A stretch of 63,609 bases of DNA, the filler included, from Chthonomonadaceae bacterium (GTDB lineage: Bacteria > Armatimonadota > Chthonomonadetes > Chthonomonadales > Chthonomonadaceae): the NCBI GenBank assembly GCA_035650735.1. It is 5 parts of 5 records of this genome, joined end to end, with 100 filler letters (N's around TTAATTAATTAA, not from the genome) between each part and the next. Parts side by side here need not be neighbours in the genome. Positions count along the whole stretch, not along the records: positions 28,994 to 45,941 come from DASRGZ010000163.1; 4 more parts are not named here. One strand, given 5' to 3'. Below the pieces are notes generated by a model. It saw only the letters and a list, made by a program, of their open reading frames with translations. It was not told where the DNA came from and ran no database searches. The position numbers were made by a program, and so were the translations under genes. Position 1 is the first letter of the stretch. Each line of letters opens with the position of its first letter. Below, in pieces: positions 30,353 to 40,182 of the stretch.

Positions 30353-30514
30353 TCCACAGATTACACAGATTAAAACCAAAGAAGAACACGGATGAGACGG
30401 ATTGGACGGATAACACGGATATGCAAGCCTCTTATCTGTTGCATCCGTGTCATCCGTTCAATCCGTGTTTAAGTTCTGGTTCTAATCTGTGGTAATCGGT
30501 GTAATCTGTGGATT
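30351..30514. repeat. Nested palindrome of 9-mer tandem units
   Basis: Outer AATCCACAGATTACAC / GTGTAATCTGTGGATT; inner ACGGAT units facing ATCCGT units. Confidence 0.85.
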
Positions 30515-30519
30515 CTTAA

Positions 30520-31452
30520 TCAGTTTGTCGTGGCGTGGAGGAAGCTCTTCAGGTCGCTCTCGCTGATGTAGGGCTCGCCGGGGGCGACGTTGTTGAGCTT
30601 GCCCTGGCGCATCCACTGCTCCAACTGGCCCACCAGAGCGAACAGGTGATCGAAAGAGTCCACGATGAACAGCAATGGCTGGTAGTGGTCTATCTCGAAG
30701 TACTGGTTGATCACCCACTCTAGCTGGATCGGGTAGCGCTGGACTTCCGGCGACTCGATGGCGTGCTCGATCTCGCCGTGGGAGCTAAGGAGGCCGCTGC
30801 CGTAGATCTTCAGCCCGTCCTGGCTGCGCATCAGGCCGAACTCGATGGTGAACCAGAAGAAGCGGGCCATCGCCTTAAAGATGCTGGACATGCGGTGGGT
30901 CTTCTCCTCCTCATCCTTCAGGCCCGCCATGATCTCAACTGCTGTGTGGGCGCAGTCGCCAAATCGGACCAGCGTATCGGCAAAGGCCGGGTCGGTGTGC
31001 ATCGGCACATGTCCGGCGATGTCGTGGAAAATATCCGGCTCCGGCAGGTAGTCTAGGTGGTTGACATCGCGAATGGTGATGGTGGTTGGGAACTCGCGAT
31101 TGCGCAGGCAGTCGAAGAAGATAAACGCGGGCACGTAGCCGCTGACGGCTTTGGCCTTGAAGCCCGTTAGCGGGCTGAGAAACCGATTAACATCCTCCAG
31201 GCGCGGCACGCGCTGCGGGTCCAGGCACAGACAGCTAATCCCGCGCAGAAAGTGCTCGTTGGCGTACTTTTGCCAGTGATCTTCCATGCGCGCGTAGAGC
31301 CGCCGCCATGCCTCGTGGTTCTCCTCCGAGTAGAGCTCGTAAGGCTGGTGGATATAGAGTTGCCCGTGACTGCGGGCCTCCTCGATAAAGGGCGCCTTTG
31401 TCGTGGTCAGACCGGCTGGCGCAGCGGTCTTTTCTGCGGTTACCTGTGCCAT
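30520..31452 (-). CDS. phhA: Phenylalanine 4-monooxygenase (biopterin-dependent aromatic amino acid hydroxylase)
   Basis: YLPEPDIFHDIAGHVP, WFTIEFGL, YGSGLLSS, YQP. Confidence 0.88.
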   Translation of the reverse strand: MAQVTAEKTAAPAGLTTTKAPFIEEARSHGQLYIHQPYELYSEENHEAWRRLYARMEDHWQKYANEHFLRGISCLCLDPQRVPRLEDVNRFLSPLTGFKAKAVSGYVPAFIFFDCLRNREFPTTITIRDVNHLDYLPEPDIFHDIAGHVPMHTDPAFADTLVRFGDCAHTAVEIMAGLKDEEEKTHRMSSIFKAMARFFWFTIEFGLMRSQDGLKIYGSGLLSSHGEIEHAIESPEVQRYPIQLEWVINQYFEIDHYQPLLFIVDSFDHLFALVGQLEQWMRQGKLNNVAPGEPYISESDLKSFLHATTN

Positions 31453-31464
31453 GTTACGCGCTCC

Positions 31465-33171
31465 TCATTTCTCTCGGAACTGCGTCCCCTTCCAGGCCGC
31501 AAAGAGCGGCTTGAGCTTGTTGCGCTGATACTTGCCCGTCGAAGTGACCGGGAAACTCTCTCCGAAGAGGACGACCTTCGGGCTTTTGGCGAACGGCAGC
31601 TTTTCCCGGCAGGCGCGCAGGATATGCTCCTCCGTCAGGTTCGCGTCCGCTTCCAACTGCACGTAGGCCCCGATCTCCTCGCCGTAAAAGTCATTTTCAA
31701 ATCCGACGGCCATCGCCGCCTTGACGCCGGGTATCGCGTTTAGGACCTCATCAATGTCGAAGGGCGCGTAGTTGATGCCGCCCCGGATGATCAGCTCCTT
31801 GATGCGCCCGGTAATGAAAAAGTAGGGCCGCCCGTCCTCTCCGGTGCGATAGAACCCCTCGTCGCCGGAGCGGAACCAGCCGTGCGCGAAGGTATCGCAG
31901 TTCGCGTCGGGCCGCTTGAAATAGTACTTCATCACGTTCTGGCCGCGAACGACGATCTCACCGCGCGCATCCTCCGGCAGCGGGTTGCCCTGCGCGTCGT
32001 GGATCGCCATCTCGTTGCAGGAGATGGGGCAGCCGATGGACGGAAAGCCGCATTCAAACATCCAGTGGCGGTAGGCCGCCTCGTCCTGATCGATAGGCAG
32101 GAAGCAGGAGTAGCAGGTCGTCTCCGACAGGCCGTAGCCGTGGACGATGCGCACGCCGAACATCTCGTAGAAGCGGCGGGCCAGCTCCACCGTCAGCGGC
32201 CCCGCCCCGCAGATGATATGCCGGAAGCGAGAGAGGTCCCACTGCGATAGGTCGTCGTGCCGCTCGCACAGGAACGCCAGCACCGTCGGCACGACGCTGA
32301 CCCAGGTACAGCCCTCTTCGGCCAGCGTCGGCCAGAACGCCTGCGCCCGGAACCGGCGGTTTAAGACCACGCTCCCGCCCGAATAGAGCGGCGTGACCAG
32401 CGTGACCACCGTGCCGTTGACGTGGTGGATGGGCAGCACGCACATCGCGCGGTCGTCCGGCCCGAAGCGATGCCATGCGGCGATGCTGTGCGCGTCCGCC
32501 AGCAAATTGGCTTGCTCCAGTACGACGCCCTTCGGCGCGCCCGTCGTTCCCGAAGTGTAGACGATCAGGCATTCCGTATCCGGCGAAAGGTCGGACGGCG
32601 GATCGAGCGGCGACTGCCGCGCCATCTCTGCCGCGAAATCCAGAAAGCCTGCGCGCGCCTGCCCGCCGACCTGCACGACCGCCATCTTCCGGGGCAATGC
32701 AGAGGCAATCGCCGCATAACGTTCCGCCTGCTCGTCCAGCACAAAGACGGCCTTCGCCTCCGAGTTGTTCAGGATATAGCCGATGCGCTCGTCGTCCTCG
32801 CCGATGTTGATGGGCACGACCGTCGCGCCCAGCAGCCACGCGCCGAAGTAGATGAGCACGGTGCGCGCGTCGTTGACCATCAGCGTCGCCACCCGGTCGC
32901 CCGTTTGCAGCCCCAGCGGCCCGGCCAGCAGCGCGGCGACACGGCAGGTCGCGTCGTAGAACTCAGCGTAGCTGTAGGCGCAGGCGCGTCCGTTCTCGTC
33001 GTAGAAGGTCAGAAAGTTCTTGTCCGGCGTATCCTGGGCGCGCTCGGCCAACAGCGCGCCGATATTGGCGTACAGAAACAGCCGATCTTCCCAGCGGCGG
33101 TCGGAAAGGCAGCGTGCGTGGTAGATGTTCGGCACGGTCTCCGGTGTGACGTTCTCAGCCATCTCGTTCAT
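31465..33171 (-). CDS. Acyl-CoA synthetase (AMP-forming)
   Basis: YTSGTTGAPKG, HGYGLSET, WFRSGD, TSTGKYQR; start MNEMAE after GGAGG. Confidence 0.9.
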   Translation of the reverse strand: MNEMAENVTPETVPNIYHARCLSDRRWEDRLFLYANIGALLAERAQDTPDKNFLTFYDENGRACAYSYAEFYDATCRVAALLAGPLGLQTGDRVATLMVNDARTVLIYFGAWLLGATVVPINIGEDDERIGYILNNSEAKAVFVLDEQAERYAAIASALPRKMAVVQVGGQARAGFLDFAAEMARQSPLDPPSDLSPDTECLIVYTSGTTGAPKGVVLEQANLLADAHSIAAWHRFGPDDRAMCVLPIHHVNGTVVTLVTPLYSGGSVVLNRRFRAQAFWPTLAEEGCTWVSVVPTVLAFLCERHDDLSQWDLSRFRHIICGAGPLTVELARRFYEMFGVRIVHGYGLSETTCYSCFLPIDQDEAAYRHWMFECGFPSIGCPISCNEMAIHDAQGNPLPEDARGEIVVRGQNVMKYYFKRPDANCDTFAHGWFRSGDEGFYRTGEDGRPYFFITGRIKELIIRGGINYAPFDIDEVLNAIPGVKAAMAVGFENDFYGEEIGAYVQLEADANLTEEHILRACREKLPFAKSPKVVLFGESFPVTSTGKYQRNKLKPLFAAWKGTQFREK

Positions 33172-33396
33172 CACAGCGCCTCCCCTCCAGGCAATATCTG
33201 AACGGTTTATTCCCTCTCTTGCAATGCTCTCCTGCTTTTCTATACGTGAGCAGAGGCGCGGAAATGCCATCCTTCAAAAGATGCCCTTCCTTCCCTGGCG
33301 AAAACCGGGCAAATCGCGGGAAGAAAAGGCGATAACGCTGCGTATTAGTAGGTAAGAAACGTTTTGATCAGGCAGGCCCGCAGGGTTCTTCCGCTC

Positions 33397-33513
33397 TCGG
33401 TAGCGGGCGAATAAATTCGCGGCAACAAAGGCACAAAACCCGCCTGCGCGGGTTCAGGTTTAGTCGGCGTAGGCCGACTTTGTGCCCTGGTTGCTGCGGC
33501 TTTAGCCGCCCGG
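33397..33513. repeat. REP-like doublet (GTAG type)
   Basis: GTAGCGGGCGAATAAATTCGC, AACCCGCCTGCGCGGGTT and AGTCGGCGTAGGCCGACT hairpins. Confidence 0.75.
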
Positions 33514-33561
33514 AAAGAAAAAGGACCCTGGCAAGCCCGGAAGCCTGCCGGGAGGTTGGAG

Positions 33562-34668
33562 ATGCCAGGGGATGCCTTGCCGCTTCGCCGCATTGACCAC
33601 GTCCGCTTCTTCGTCGGCAACGCGCGCCAATCGGCCTATTTCTATCGCAATGCATATGGGTTTGATGTCGTCGGCTATGCGGGCCTGGAGACGGGACTGC
33701 GCAATGAGGCAGGCTATGTGCTGCGCCAGGGAGACATCACCTTCGTACTCGTCTCGCCCCTGCGCGCCGACCATCCTGAGAACCGGCGGCTCGCCATTCA
33801 CGGCGACGGCGTGCAGGATATCGCGTTAGAAGTGGACGATGTTGCCAGGGCCTATGAGGTGACGACTGCGCGCGGAGCCGTCGGCGTCACGCCGCCCACC
33901 TGCCAGGAAGACGAGTACGGCGTCTACGAGTTCGCTACCATTCGCGCCTACGGCGACACGACTCATAGCTTTGTCAACCGCGACCGCTACAAAGGCGTCT
34001 TTGCCCCCGGCTACAAGCCCATCGAGCCTGACCGCTACAGCCCACGCACCTTCCATCCCGCCGGATTGGTCTCCATTGATCACATCGTCGCCAACGTGGA
34101 AGAGGGCAAGATGGAGGAATGGGTCCGCTTCTACGAGCGCGTCATGGGCTTTTCGCAGCTTGTCCACTTCGACGACAAGGACATCAGCACGGAGTACAGC
34201 GCCCTGATGTCGAAGGTGATGCAGGATGGGCAGGGGCGCATCAAGTTCCCCATCAACGAGCCAGCGCATGGACGGAGGAAGTCGCAGATCGAGGAGTACC
34301 TGGAGTTCTACGGCGGGCCGGGCGTGCAGCATATCGCCCTATCCACCAACCACATCATCGAGACGGTCACAGCGCTCCGCCACAACGACGTCTCGTTCCT
34401 GACGGTTCCGCCGACTTATTACGAGATGCTGCCGGAGCGGGTCGGCCAGATCGAGGAAGACCTGCACGAACTGGCCGAGTTGGGTATCCTGGTAGACCGC
34501 GACGACGAGGGCTACCTGCTGCAAATCTTCACCAAGCCCGTCGAGGATCGGCCTACCCTGTTCTTCGAGATCATCGAGCGGCACGGCTCCCGCAGCTTCG
34601 GCAAGGGCAACTTCAAGGCCCTCTTTGAGGCCATCGAGCGCGAACAGGCCCGCCGGGGAACGCTGTAG
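33562..34668 (+). CDS. hppD: 4-hydroxyphenylpyruvate dioxygenase
   Basis: IDHIV, GVQHIAL, LLQIFT, FFEII, FGKGNFKALF. Confidence 0.95.
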   Translation: MPGDALPLRRIDHVRFFVGNARQSAYFYRNAYGFDVVGYAGLETGLRNEAGYVLRQGDITFVLVSPLRADHPENRRLAIHGDGVQDIALEVDDVARAYEVTTARGAVGVTPPTCQEDEYGVYEFATIRAYGDTTHSFVNRDRYKGVFAPGYKPIEPDRYSPRTFHPAGLVSIDHIVANVEEGKMEEWVRFYERVMGFSQLVHFDDKDISTEYSALMSKVMQDGQGRIKFPINEPAHGRRKSQIEEYLEFYGGPGVQHIALSTNHIIETVTALRHNDVSFLTVPPTYYEMLPERVGQIEEDLHELAELGILVDRDDEGYLLQIFTKPVEDRPTLFFEIIERHGSRSFGKGNFKALFEAIEREQARRGTL

Positions 34669-34725
34669 CCGGGCATCGAGATACCCGTCTGGTCAGCATC
34701 CAGACGGGCCGGGATTGTAGCCAAG

Positions 34726-35445
34726 ATGAAGCTGGCACTGCCGACACATATCCCCTCGTTCCGGGATTTCTACGCCTTCGAGCAGCACGTGCGCAACGCA
34801 CGGAAGCGGCGTGGGCTGGAGATGGTTCCCGAATGGTACGATGCGCCCGCGTTCTACTTCTCCAATACGGCCTGCATCGTCGGGCCGAACGCGCCGATAC
34901 GCAAGCCGCCGGAGACAAACGAGCTAGATTATGAGTTAGAAATTGCGGTCGTCATCGGGAAGGAGGGCGGCGATATTCCGGTCTCCGAAGCCGACTCCTA
35001 TATCGCCGGATTCACCATCCTCAACGACTGGAGCGCGCGGGACCTCCAGCGGCGGGAGATGAAAGTCGGCCTCGGCCCGGCCAAAGGCAAGGACTTCGCC
35101 ACCAGCATCGGCCCCTATCTGGTGACGCCGGAGGAACTGGAAGATCGCCTGCTGCCCGACCGCAGCCGGGGCAATCGCTACGACCTGACCATGACAGCCC
35201 ATGTCAACGGGCGGGAGTATTCGCGCGGCAACGCGAAGGACATGCACTGGACGTTTGCCGAAATGATTTCCTACGCCTCCCGCAATACGGTGCTAAAACC
35301 CGGCGACCTGATCGGCTCCGGCACGGTCGGCACGGGCTGCATTACCGAGTTCCCGGAAGGCACGTATCCCTGGCTGCGGCCCGGCGATATGGTGCGGCTC
35401 GAAATTGAAAAGCTGGGCGCGCTGGAAAATCCCGTCGTGGAGTAG
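34726..35445 (+). CDS. Fumarylacetoacetate hydrolase family protein
   Basis: SFRDFYAFEQH, LDYELE, NDWSARDLQ, KGKDF, IGSGT. Confidence 0.9.
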   Translation: MKLALPTHIPSFRDFYAFEQHVRNARKRRGLEMVPEWYDAPAFYFSNTACIVGPNAPIRKPPETNELDYELEIAVVIGKEGGDIPVSEADSYIAGFTILNDWSARDLQRREMKVGLGPAKGKDFATSIGPYLVTPEELEDRLLPDRSRGNRYDLTMTAHVNGREYSRGNAKDMHWTFAEMISYASRNTVLKPGDLIGSGTVGTGCITEFPEGTYPWLRPGDMVRLEIEKLGALENPVVE

Positions 35446-35455
35446 GAGGGCAAAG

Positions 35456-36610
35456 ATGCCACGCTATGTAAAGTTGGGACAGGTTCCCCCCAAGCGGCAC
35501 ACGCAGTTTCGCAAGCCGGACGGCGCGCTCTACGCCGAGCAGGTCTTCGGGACGCGCGGCTTTTCCGGCATCGCGTCCATCCTGTACCACTGCCACCTGC
35601 CCACGCAGGTTGCGGAGTTCGAGTTTCTTGGAGAGGCGCGACCGGAACTGGCGCCCGAAGAGCCGCTGCGCCACCATCACCTCAAGACGCAGAAGATGAC
35701 GCCCTGCGGCGACCCGATCACCGGGCGCGTGCCGCTACTGGTCAATGAGGATGTCTCTTTCGGCCTCTGCTGCCCCGCCGAGACGATGAGCTACTACTAC
35801 AAGAACGCCGACGGCGACGATCTGCTGTTCGTCCACGAAGGGCGCGGGCGGCTGGAGACGATGTTCGGCACGCTGCCCTACCATGAGGGCGACTACCTGG
35901 TGATTCCGCGCGGCACGATCTACCGGGTCGTGGCCGAGTCGCCGGCAACCCGGATGCTGATTATCGAATCGGCCAGCGCCATTGAGGTGCCGCGCCGCTA
36001 CCGCAATGAGTACGGCCAGTTGCTCGAACATGCGCCCTACTACGAGCGCGACATTCGCGTACCGGAGTCGCTGGAGACGCACGACGAGCCGGGCCGCTTC
36101 GAGGTACGCATCAAGGCCAGGCAGCGCCTCACCGCCTACTTCTATGACTTCCATCCTCTGGATGTCGTCGGCTGGGACGGCTACCTCTATCCCTGGGCGT
36201 TCAACATCGGCGACTTCGAGCCGGTCACGGGCAGCATTCACCAGCCGCCGCCCTCGCATCAGACGTTTGAGGCGCATAACTTCGTCGTCTGCTCGTTTGT
36301 GCCCCGCCTGCTCGACTACCACCCGCAGGCCGTGCCTATCCCCTACAATCACAGCAACCTGGAGAGCGACGAGGTACTCTACTACGTCAACGGCAACTTC
36401 GCCAGCCGCCGGGGCATCGAGCAAGGCTCCATTACGCTGCATCCCTCCGGCCTGCCGCATGGCCCGCAGCCCGGCGCGGTGGAGGCCAGCTTGGGCCAGA
36501 CGCGCACCGAAGAACTGGCGGTGATGGTGGATACCTTCCGGCCCCTGCGCCTGACCCGCGCTGCCGTCGCCCTCGAAGACGGGCAGTACCCGTTCAGTTG
36601 GAAGAAATAA
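35456..36610 (+). CDS. hmgA: Homogentisate 1,2-dioxygenase
   Basis: NADGDD, HPLDVVGWDG, HQPP, PYNHSN, LHPSGLPHGPQPG. Confidence 0.92.
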   Translation: MPRYVKLGQVPPKRHTQFRKPDGALYAEQVFGTRGFSGIASILYHCHLPTQVAEFEFLGEARPELAPEEPLRHHHLKTQKMTPCGDPITGRVPLLVNEDVSFGLCCPAETMSYYYKNADGDDLLFVHEGRGRLETMFGTLPYHEGDYLVIPRGTIYRVVAESPATRMLIIESASAIEVPRRYRNEYGQLLEHAPYYERDIRVPESLETHDEPGRFEVRIKARQRLTAYFYDFHPLDVVGWDGYLYPWAFNIGDFEPVTGSIHQPPPSHQTFEAHNFVVCSFVPRLLDYHPQAVPIPYNHSNLESDEVLYYVNGNFASRRGIEQGSITLHPSGLPHGPQPGAVEASLGQTRTEELAVMVDTFRPLRLTRAAVALEDGQYPFSWKK

Positions 36611-36857
36611 ACCACCCGCTGCGCTAGAGGCACGGAGACACGGAGGAAAAGCCACACGGAGAAAGACAAAGACAAAAGCCTTTGGACAGGATGAACGGGA
36701 TTAACTGGATTTCAATCACACAGAGAAGCAAGGCTTGTCTGTCTTTCCCTAATCCCGTAAATCCTGTTAATCCTGTCTCCTTTTGCTTTTCTCTTTCTCT
36801 TTTTATTTTTCTCCGTGTGTCCTCCGTGTCTCCGTGCCTCTAGCGCAGCGGGTGGTT
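36610..36857. repeat. Nested palindromic MITE-like element, copy 2
   Basis: Same 20-bp terminal IR and left arm as 22184-22401. Confidence 0.9.
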
Positions 36858-36881
36858 CCTATCGCCTTGAGGAGGCGTTTC

Positions 36882-37544
36882 TTGTCCGCAGATGACTTTC
36901 TCGGCATTGACCCGGCGGAACTCTCCCGCGCCGACGCGCACCGGCTGCTGCTGCACTGCGTCGCGCCGCGCCCCATCGCCTTTACCTCAACGCTGTCGCT
37001 AGAGGGCGTGCCCAACCTGTCGCCGTTCAGCTACTTTATCGCGGGCGGCGCCAACCCGCCCTCGGTCGCCATCTCCCCGCTGACCGACCGCACCGGCCAA
37101 CCGAAGGACACGCTGCGGAACATCCAGGCGACGGGCGAGTACGTCATCAATGTCGTAACTTATGGTATGCGGGAGAAGATGAACCACGCCTCCGCCGAAT
37201 TTCCCTATGGCGTCAATGAGTGGGAGGAGGTCGGCTTCACGCCTGCACCGACGGTGAAAGTCAAGCCTGCCCGCGTGCTGGAAAGCCCGCTGGCGATAGA
37301 GTGCCGCCTGTATCAAATCGTCCCGCACGGCAGCGGGCCGCTCGCTGCCAACTACGTCATCGGCGAGGTCGTCTATTTTCACGTCTCCAGGCAGCTTTTG
37401 GAGGGGGAGAAGCTCGACGCCCGCCGCGTGGACTACATCGCCCGCATGGGCGCGGATTGGTACGCCCGCGTTACCCCGGAGGTAATGTTTGAGATGCCTC
37501 GCCCGCCGAGGATTGAGAAGTATCCGCCAGAAAGCGGGCAATGA
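36882..37544 (+). CDS. Flavin reductase-like (DIM6/NTAB-type) protein
   Basis: VAPRPIAF, NLSPFSYF, KDTLRNI, IARMG; TTG start after GAGGAGG. Confidence 0.85.
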   Translation: MSADDFLGIDPAELSRADAHRLLLHCVAPRPIAFTSTLSLEGVPNLSPFSYFIAGGANPPSVAISPLTDRTGQPKDTLRNIQATGEYVINVVTYGMREKMNHASAEFPYGVNEWEEVGFTPAPTVKVKPARVLESPLAIECRLYQIVPHGSGPLAANYVIGEVVYFHVSRQLLEGEKLDARRVDYIARMGADWYARVTPEVMFEMPRPPRIEKYPPESGQ

Positions 37545-37605
37545 GTAAACGGGGACATGAGTTCATGGGTTAATCCCTGCCCCGTTTGTTTATCGTCCCA
37601 TTGAT

Positions 37606-38979
37606 CTATATTCGCTCGAAATGCGCGGTGAAGTGGCGGAGGAAGGGAGCCTGATAGACGATGCGCAGGCCGCGAAGGGTGTCCCGGCGGGCAAAAGTCT
37701 CCAGAATCACTTCGCCCAGGTAGTCCACATGGCTCTGCGTGTAGACGCGGCGCGGGATGGCGAGACGCACCAGGTCCATTGAGGGGAAGATTTCGGCGCC
37801 GGTTTCCGGGTCGGGCTTGCCAAACATCACCCCGCCGATCTCCACGCCGCGCACGCCGCCGATCTCGTAGAGGGCGCAGACCAATGCCTGCCCCGGATAC
37901 TGCTCGATGGGGATGTGGGGCAGGAAGGCGCGGGCGTCTATGTAGATGGCGTGCCCGCCGGGCGGCTCGACGATCTTGACGCCGCCCTCCCGCAGTTCCC
38001 GCGCAAAGTACTCGATGCAGGCGTGCCGGTACTCTAAGTAGCGCTCGTCCAGCACCTCGTTCAGGCCGACCGCCAGCGCCTCCAGGTCGCGCGCCGCCAG
38101 CCCGCCGTAGGTCGGGAAGCCCTCCGTCAGGATGAGCAGGTTGCGCGCCTGCTCCGCCAGCTTGCCGTCGTTCATGGCGAGGAAGCCGCCGATGTTGGAC
38201 AGCCCGTCCTTCTTGCCGGAGAAGGTCGCCCCGTCACAGTAGGAAAACATCTCTTGAGCGATCTCGCGCGGCGTCTTATCGGCATAGCCCGGCTCGCGCA
38301 TCTTGATGAAATAGGCGTTCTCGGCGAAGCGGCAGGCATCCAGGAAGAAAGGAATGCCGTGCCGGTGCAGCGTCTCGCTGACATCGCGGATATTGGCCAT
38401 CGAGACTGGCTGCCCGCCGCCCGTATTGTTGGTCACCGTTAACATGCCGAGCGGGATATGCTCCGCGCCCATGCGCGCAATTAATGCCTCTAGTTTGGCT
38501 ACGTCCAGGTTGCCCTTGAACGGGTGCTGCGCCGACGGGATTTTGCCCTCGTCAATGACGAGGTCCAGCGCCTCCGCGCCGGAGTACTCGATGTTGGCGC
38601 GCGTGGTATCGAAGTGGTTGTTGCTCGGCACGACCCTGCCCGCCCCGCCGACCAATTCGAATAGGATACGCTCCGCCGCGCGCCCCTGATGCGTCGGGAT
38701 GATATGCGTGAATCCCGTTAGCTGCTGCACGACCCGCTCAAACTTGAAGAAACTGCGGCTGCACGCATAGCTCTCATCGGCGACCATCATCGCGCTCCAC
38801 TGCGCCGCCGACATCGCCGCCGTGCCGCTGTCGGTTAGCAGGTCAATGAGGACGTCCTCGGCGTGGATGAGGAAGGGGTTGTAGTGGGCGCGGCGCAGTA
38901 TCTCCGCCCGCTCCTCCGGCGTGGTGAAGCGGATCGGCTCGACCATTTTGATCTTGAACGGCTCGATGATGGTTCGCAT
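37606..38979 (-). CDS. tnaA: Tryptophanase
   Basis: DLLTDSG, HQGRAAE, SGKKD (PLP lysine), RLAIPRRVYT; HFDTT, VEIG and LRHFT match tryptophanase rather than tyrosine phenol-lyase. Confidence 0.85.
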   Translation of the reverse strand: MRTIIEPFKIKMVEPIRFTTPEERAEILRRAHYNPFLIHAEDVLIDLLTDSGTAAMSAAQWSAMMVADESYACSRSFFKFERVVQQLTGFTHIIPTHQGRAAERILFELVGGAGRVVPSNNHFDTTRANIEYSGAEALDLVIDEGKIPSAQHPFKGNLDVAKLEALIARMGAEHIPLGMLTVTNNTGGGQPVSMANIRDVSETLHRHGIPFFLDACRFAENAYFIKMREPGYADKTPREIAQEMFSYCDGATFSGKKDGLSNIGGFLAMNDGKLAEQARNLLILTEGFPTYGGLAARDLEALAVGLNEVLDERYLEYRHACIEYFARELREGGVKIVEPPGGHAIYIDARAFLPHIPIEQYPGQALVCALYEIGGVRGVEIGGVMFGKPDPETGAEIFPSMDLVRLAIPRRVYTQSHVDYLGEVILETFARRDTLRGLRIVYQAPFLRHFTAHFERI

Positions 38980-39246
38980 TCCAGTTCCTCCCTTCCCTCC
39001 GTTTGATCATGGCCCTTTTGTACTGGCCCCCACCCCTTCATCCCCTCCCCCAACAACAGGGGAGGGGAGAGTTCACGCCTGGCTTGACCGTTCCCCCTCT
39101 CCTAAAATTGGGGGTCGCAAGGCGGAGGCCCGAACCATTGCAGGGCCGACCCTAGCAGTCCGTTGTAGCCCCGACCCTGGCAGTGGGATGAAGGGGTGGG
39201 GGCTTCTCCCCTCTCCTTGAGAAGGAGAGGGGACGGGGGTGAGGGC

Positions 39247-40182
39247 CTACCCCTTGAGCGCGCCGACGGTGATGCCGCGCGTCAGGCGCTCTTGCAGGAA
39301 GATGTAGACCAGCAGCGTGGGCAGCATGGCGATGACCAGGCCCGCAAACAGCAGGCCGAAGTCGCTCTTGTACTGCGCCTGCATACTGATGCTGGCCAGG
39401 CCGAGCGGCAGCGTTTTTAGTTCGTCGCTGTTGAGGAAGACCAGCCCGAACAGGTACTCGTTCCAGAGGCCGAGGAAGTTAAAGATGGCGACCGTCACCA
39501 GGCCGGGCTTGCCAAGCGGCATCATCACCGAGAAGAAGATGCGGTACTCGCTCGCCCCGTCCAGCATGGCCGCTTCCCGGACCTCGTTGGGCAGCGTGCG
39601 GAAGAAGGCGGTCAGCACAAAGACCGTGAACGGCAGGCTGGCGGCCACGTAGATAAGGATTAATCCGGCGTGCGTGTCGTGGAGGGAGAAGACCGCGCGG
39701 CCCAGATGCAGAGATTGCGTTACCGGGCTGAACGCCTTCGTCAGCCACTCGCTCATGTCGGAATACTGGAAGAAGAGCGGGATAAGGATAAGCTGCATCG
39801 GGATGAGCAGGCCGCTCAGAAACAGAGTGGAGATGAAGCCGCGCCCGAAGAATTCGAAGCGGGCCAGCACGTAGGCGGCCATGCTCCCGAAGAGCAGGAT
39901 CAGCGCCAGGCTGATGCCGACGACCTTGAGGCTGTTGAGGAAGTAGCGGCTGAAGTGGCTCCCGATCCAGGCTTTGTTATAGTTCTTGGCGAGCGTCTGC
40001 GCGCTCTGCCGGTTGGGTGCGGTGATGACCTTCGGCAAGCCGAACGGGTTCTGGTAGATCTCCTGCGTGCTTTTGGCGCTCGTGTAGACGACCCACAGCA
40101 TCGGCAGGACGACGGCGGCCAGGTATGCCACCAGCAGGGCATATTTGAAGCCGGAACCGATTCGGTGCAGCGCGTCGGTCAT
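39247..40182 (-). CDS. Carbohydrate ABC transporter permease
   Basis: EAAMLDGAS EAA loop, WNEY, GALKG end. Confidence 0.92.
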   Translation of the reverse strand: MTDALHRIGSGFKYALLVAYLAAVVLPMLWVVYTSAKSTQEIYQNPFGLPKVITAPNRQSAQTLAKNYNKAWIGSHFSRYFLNSLKVVGISLALILLFGSMAAYVLARFEFFGRGFISTLFLSGLLIPMQLILIPLFFQYSDMSEWLTKAFSPVTQSLHLGRAVFSLHDTHAGLILIYVAASLPFTVFVLTAFFRTLPNEVREAAMLDGASEYRIFFSVMMPLGKPGLVTVAIFNFLGLWNEYLFGLVFLNSDELKTLPLGLASISMQAQYKSDFGLLFAGLVIAMLPTLLVYIFLQERLTRGITVGALKG

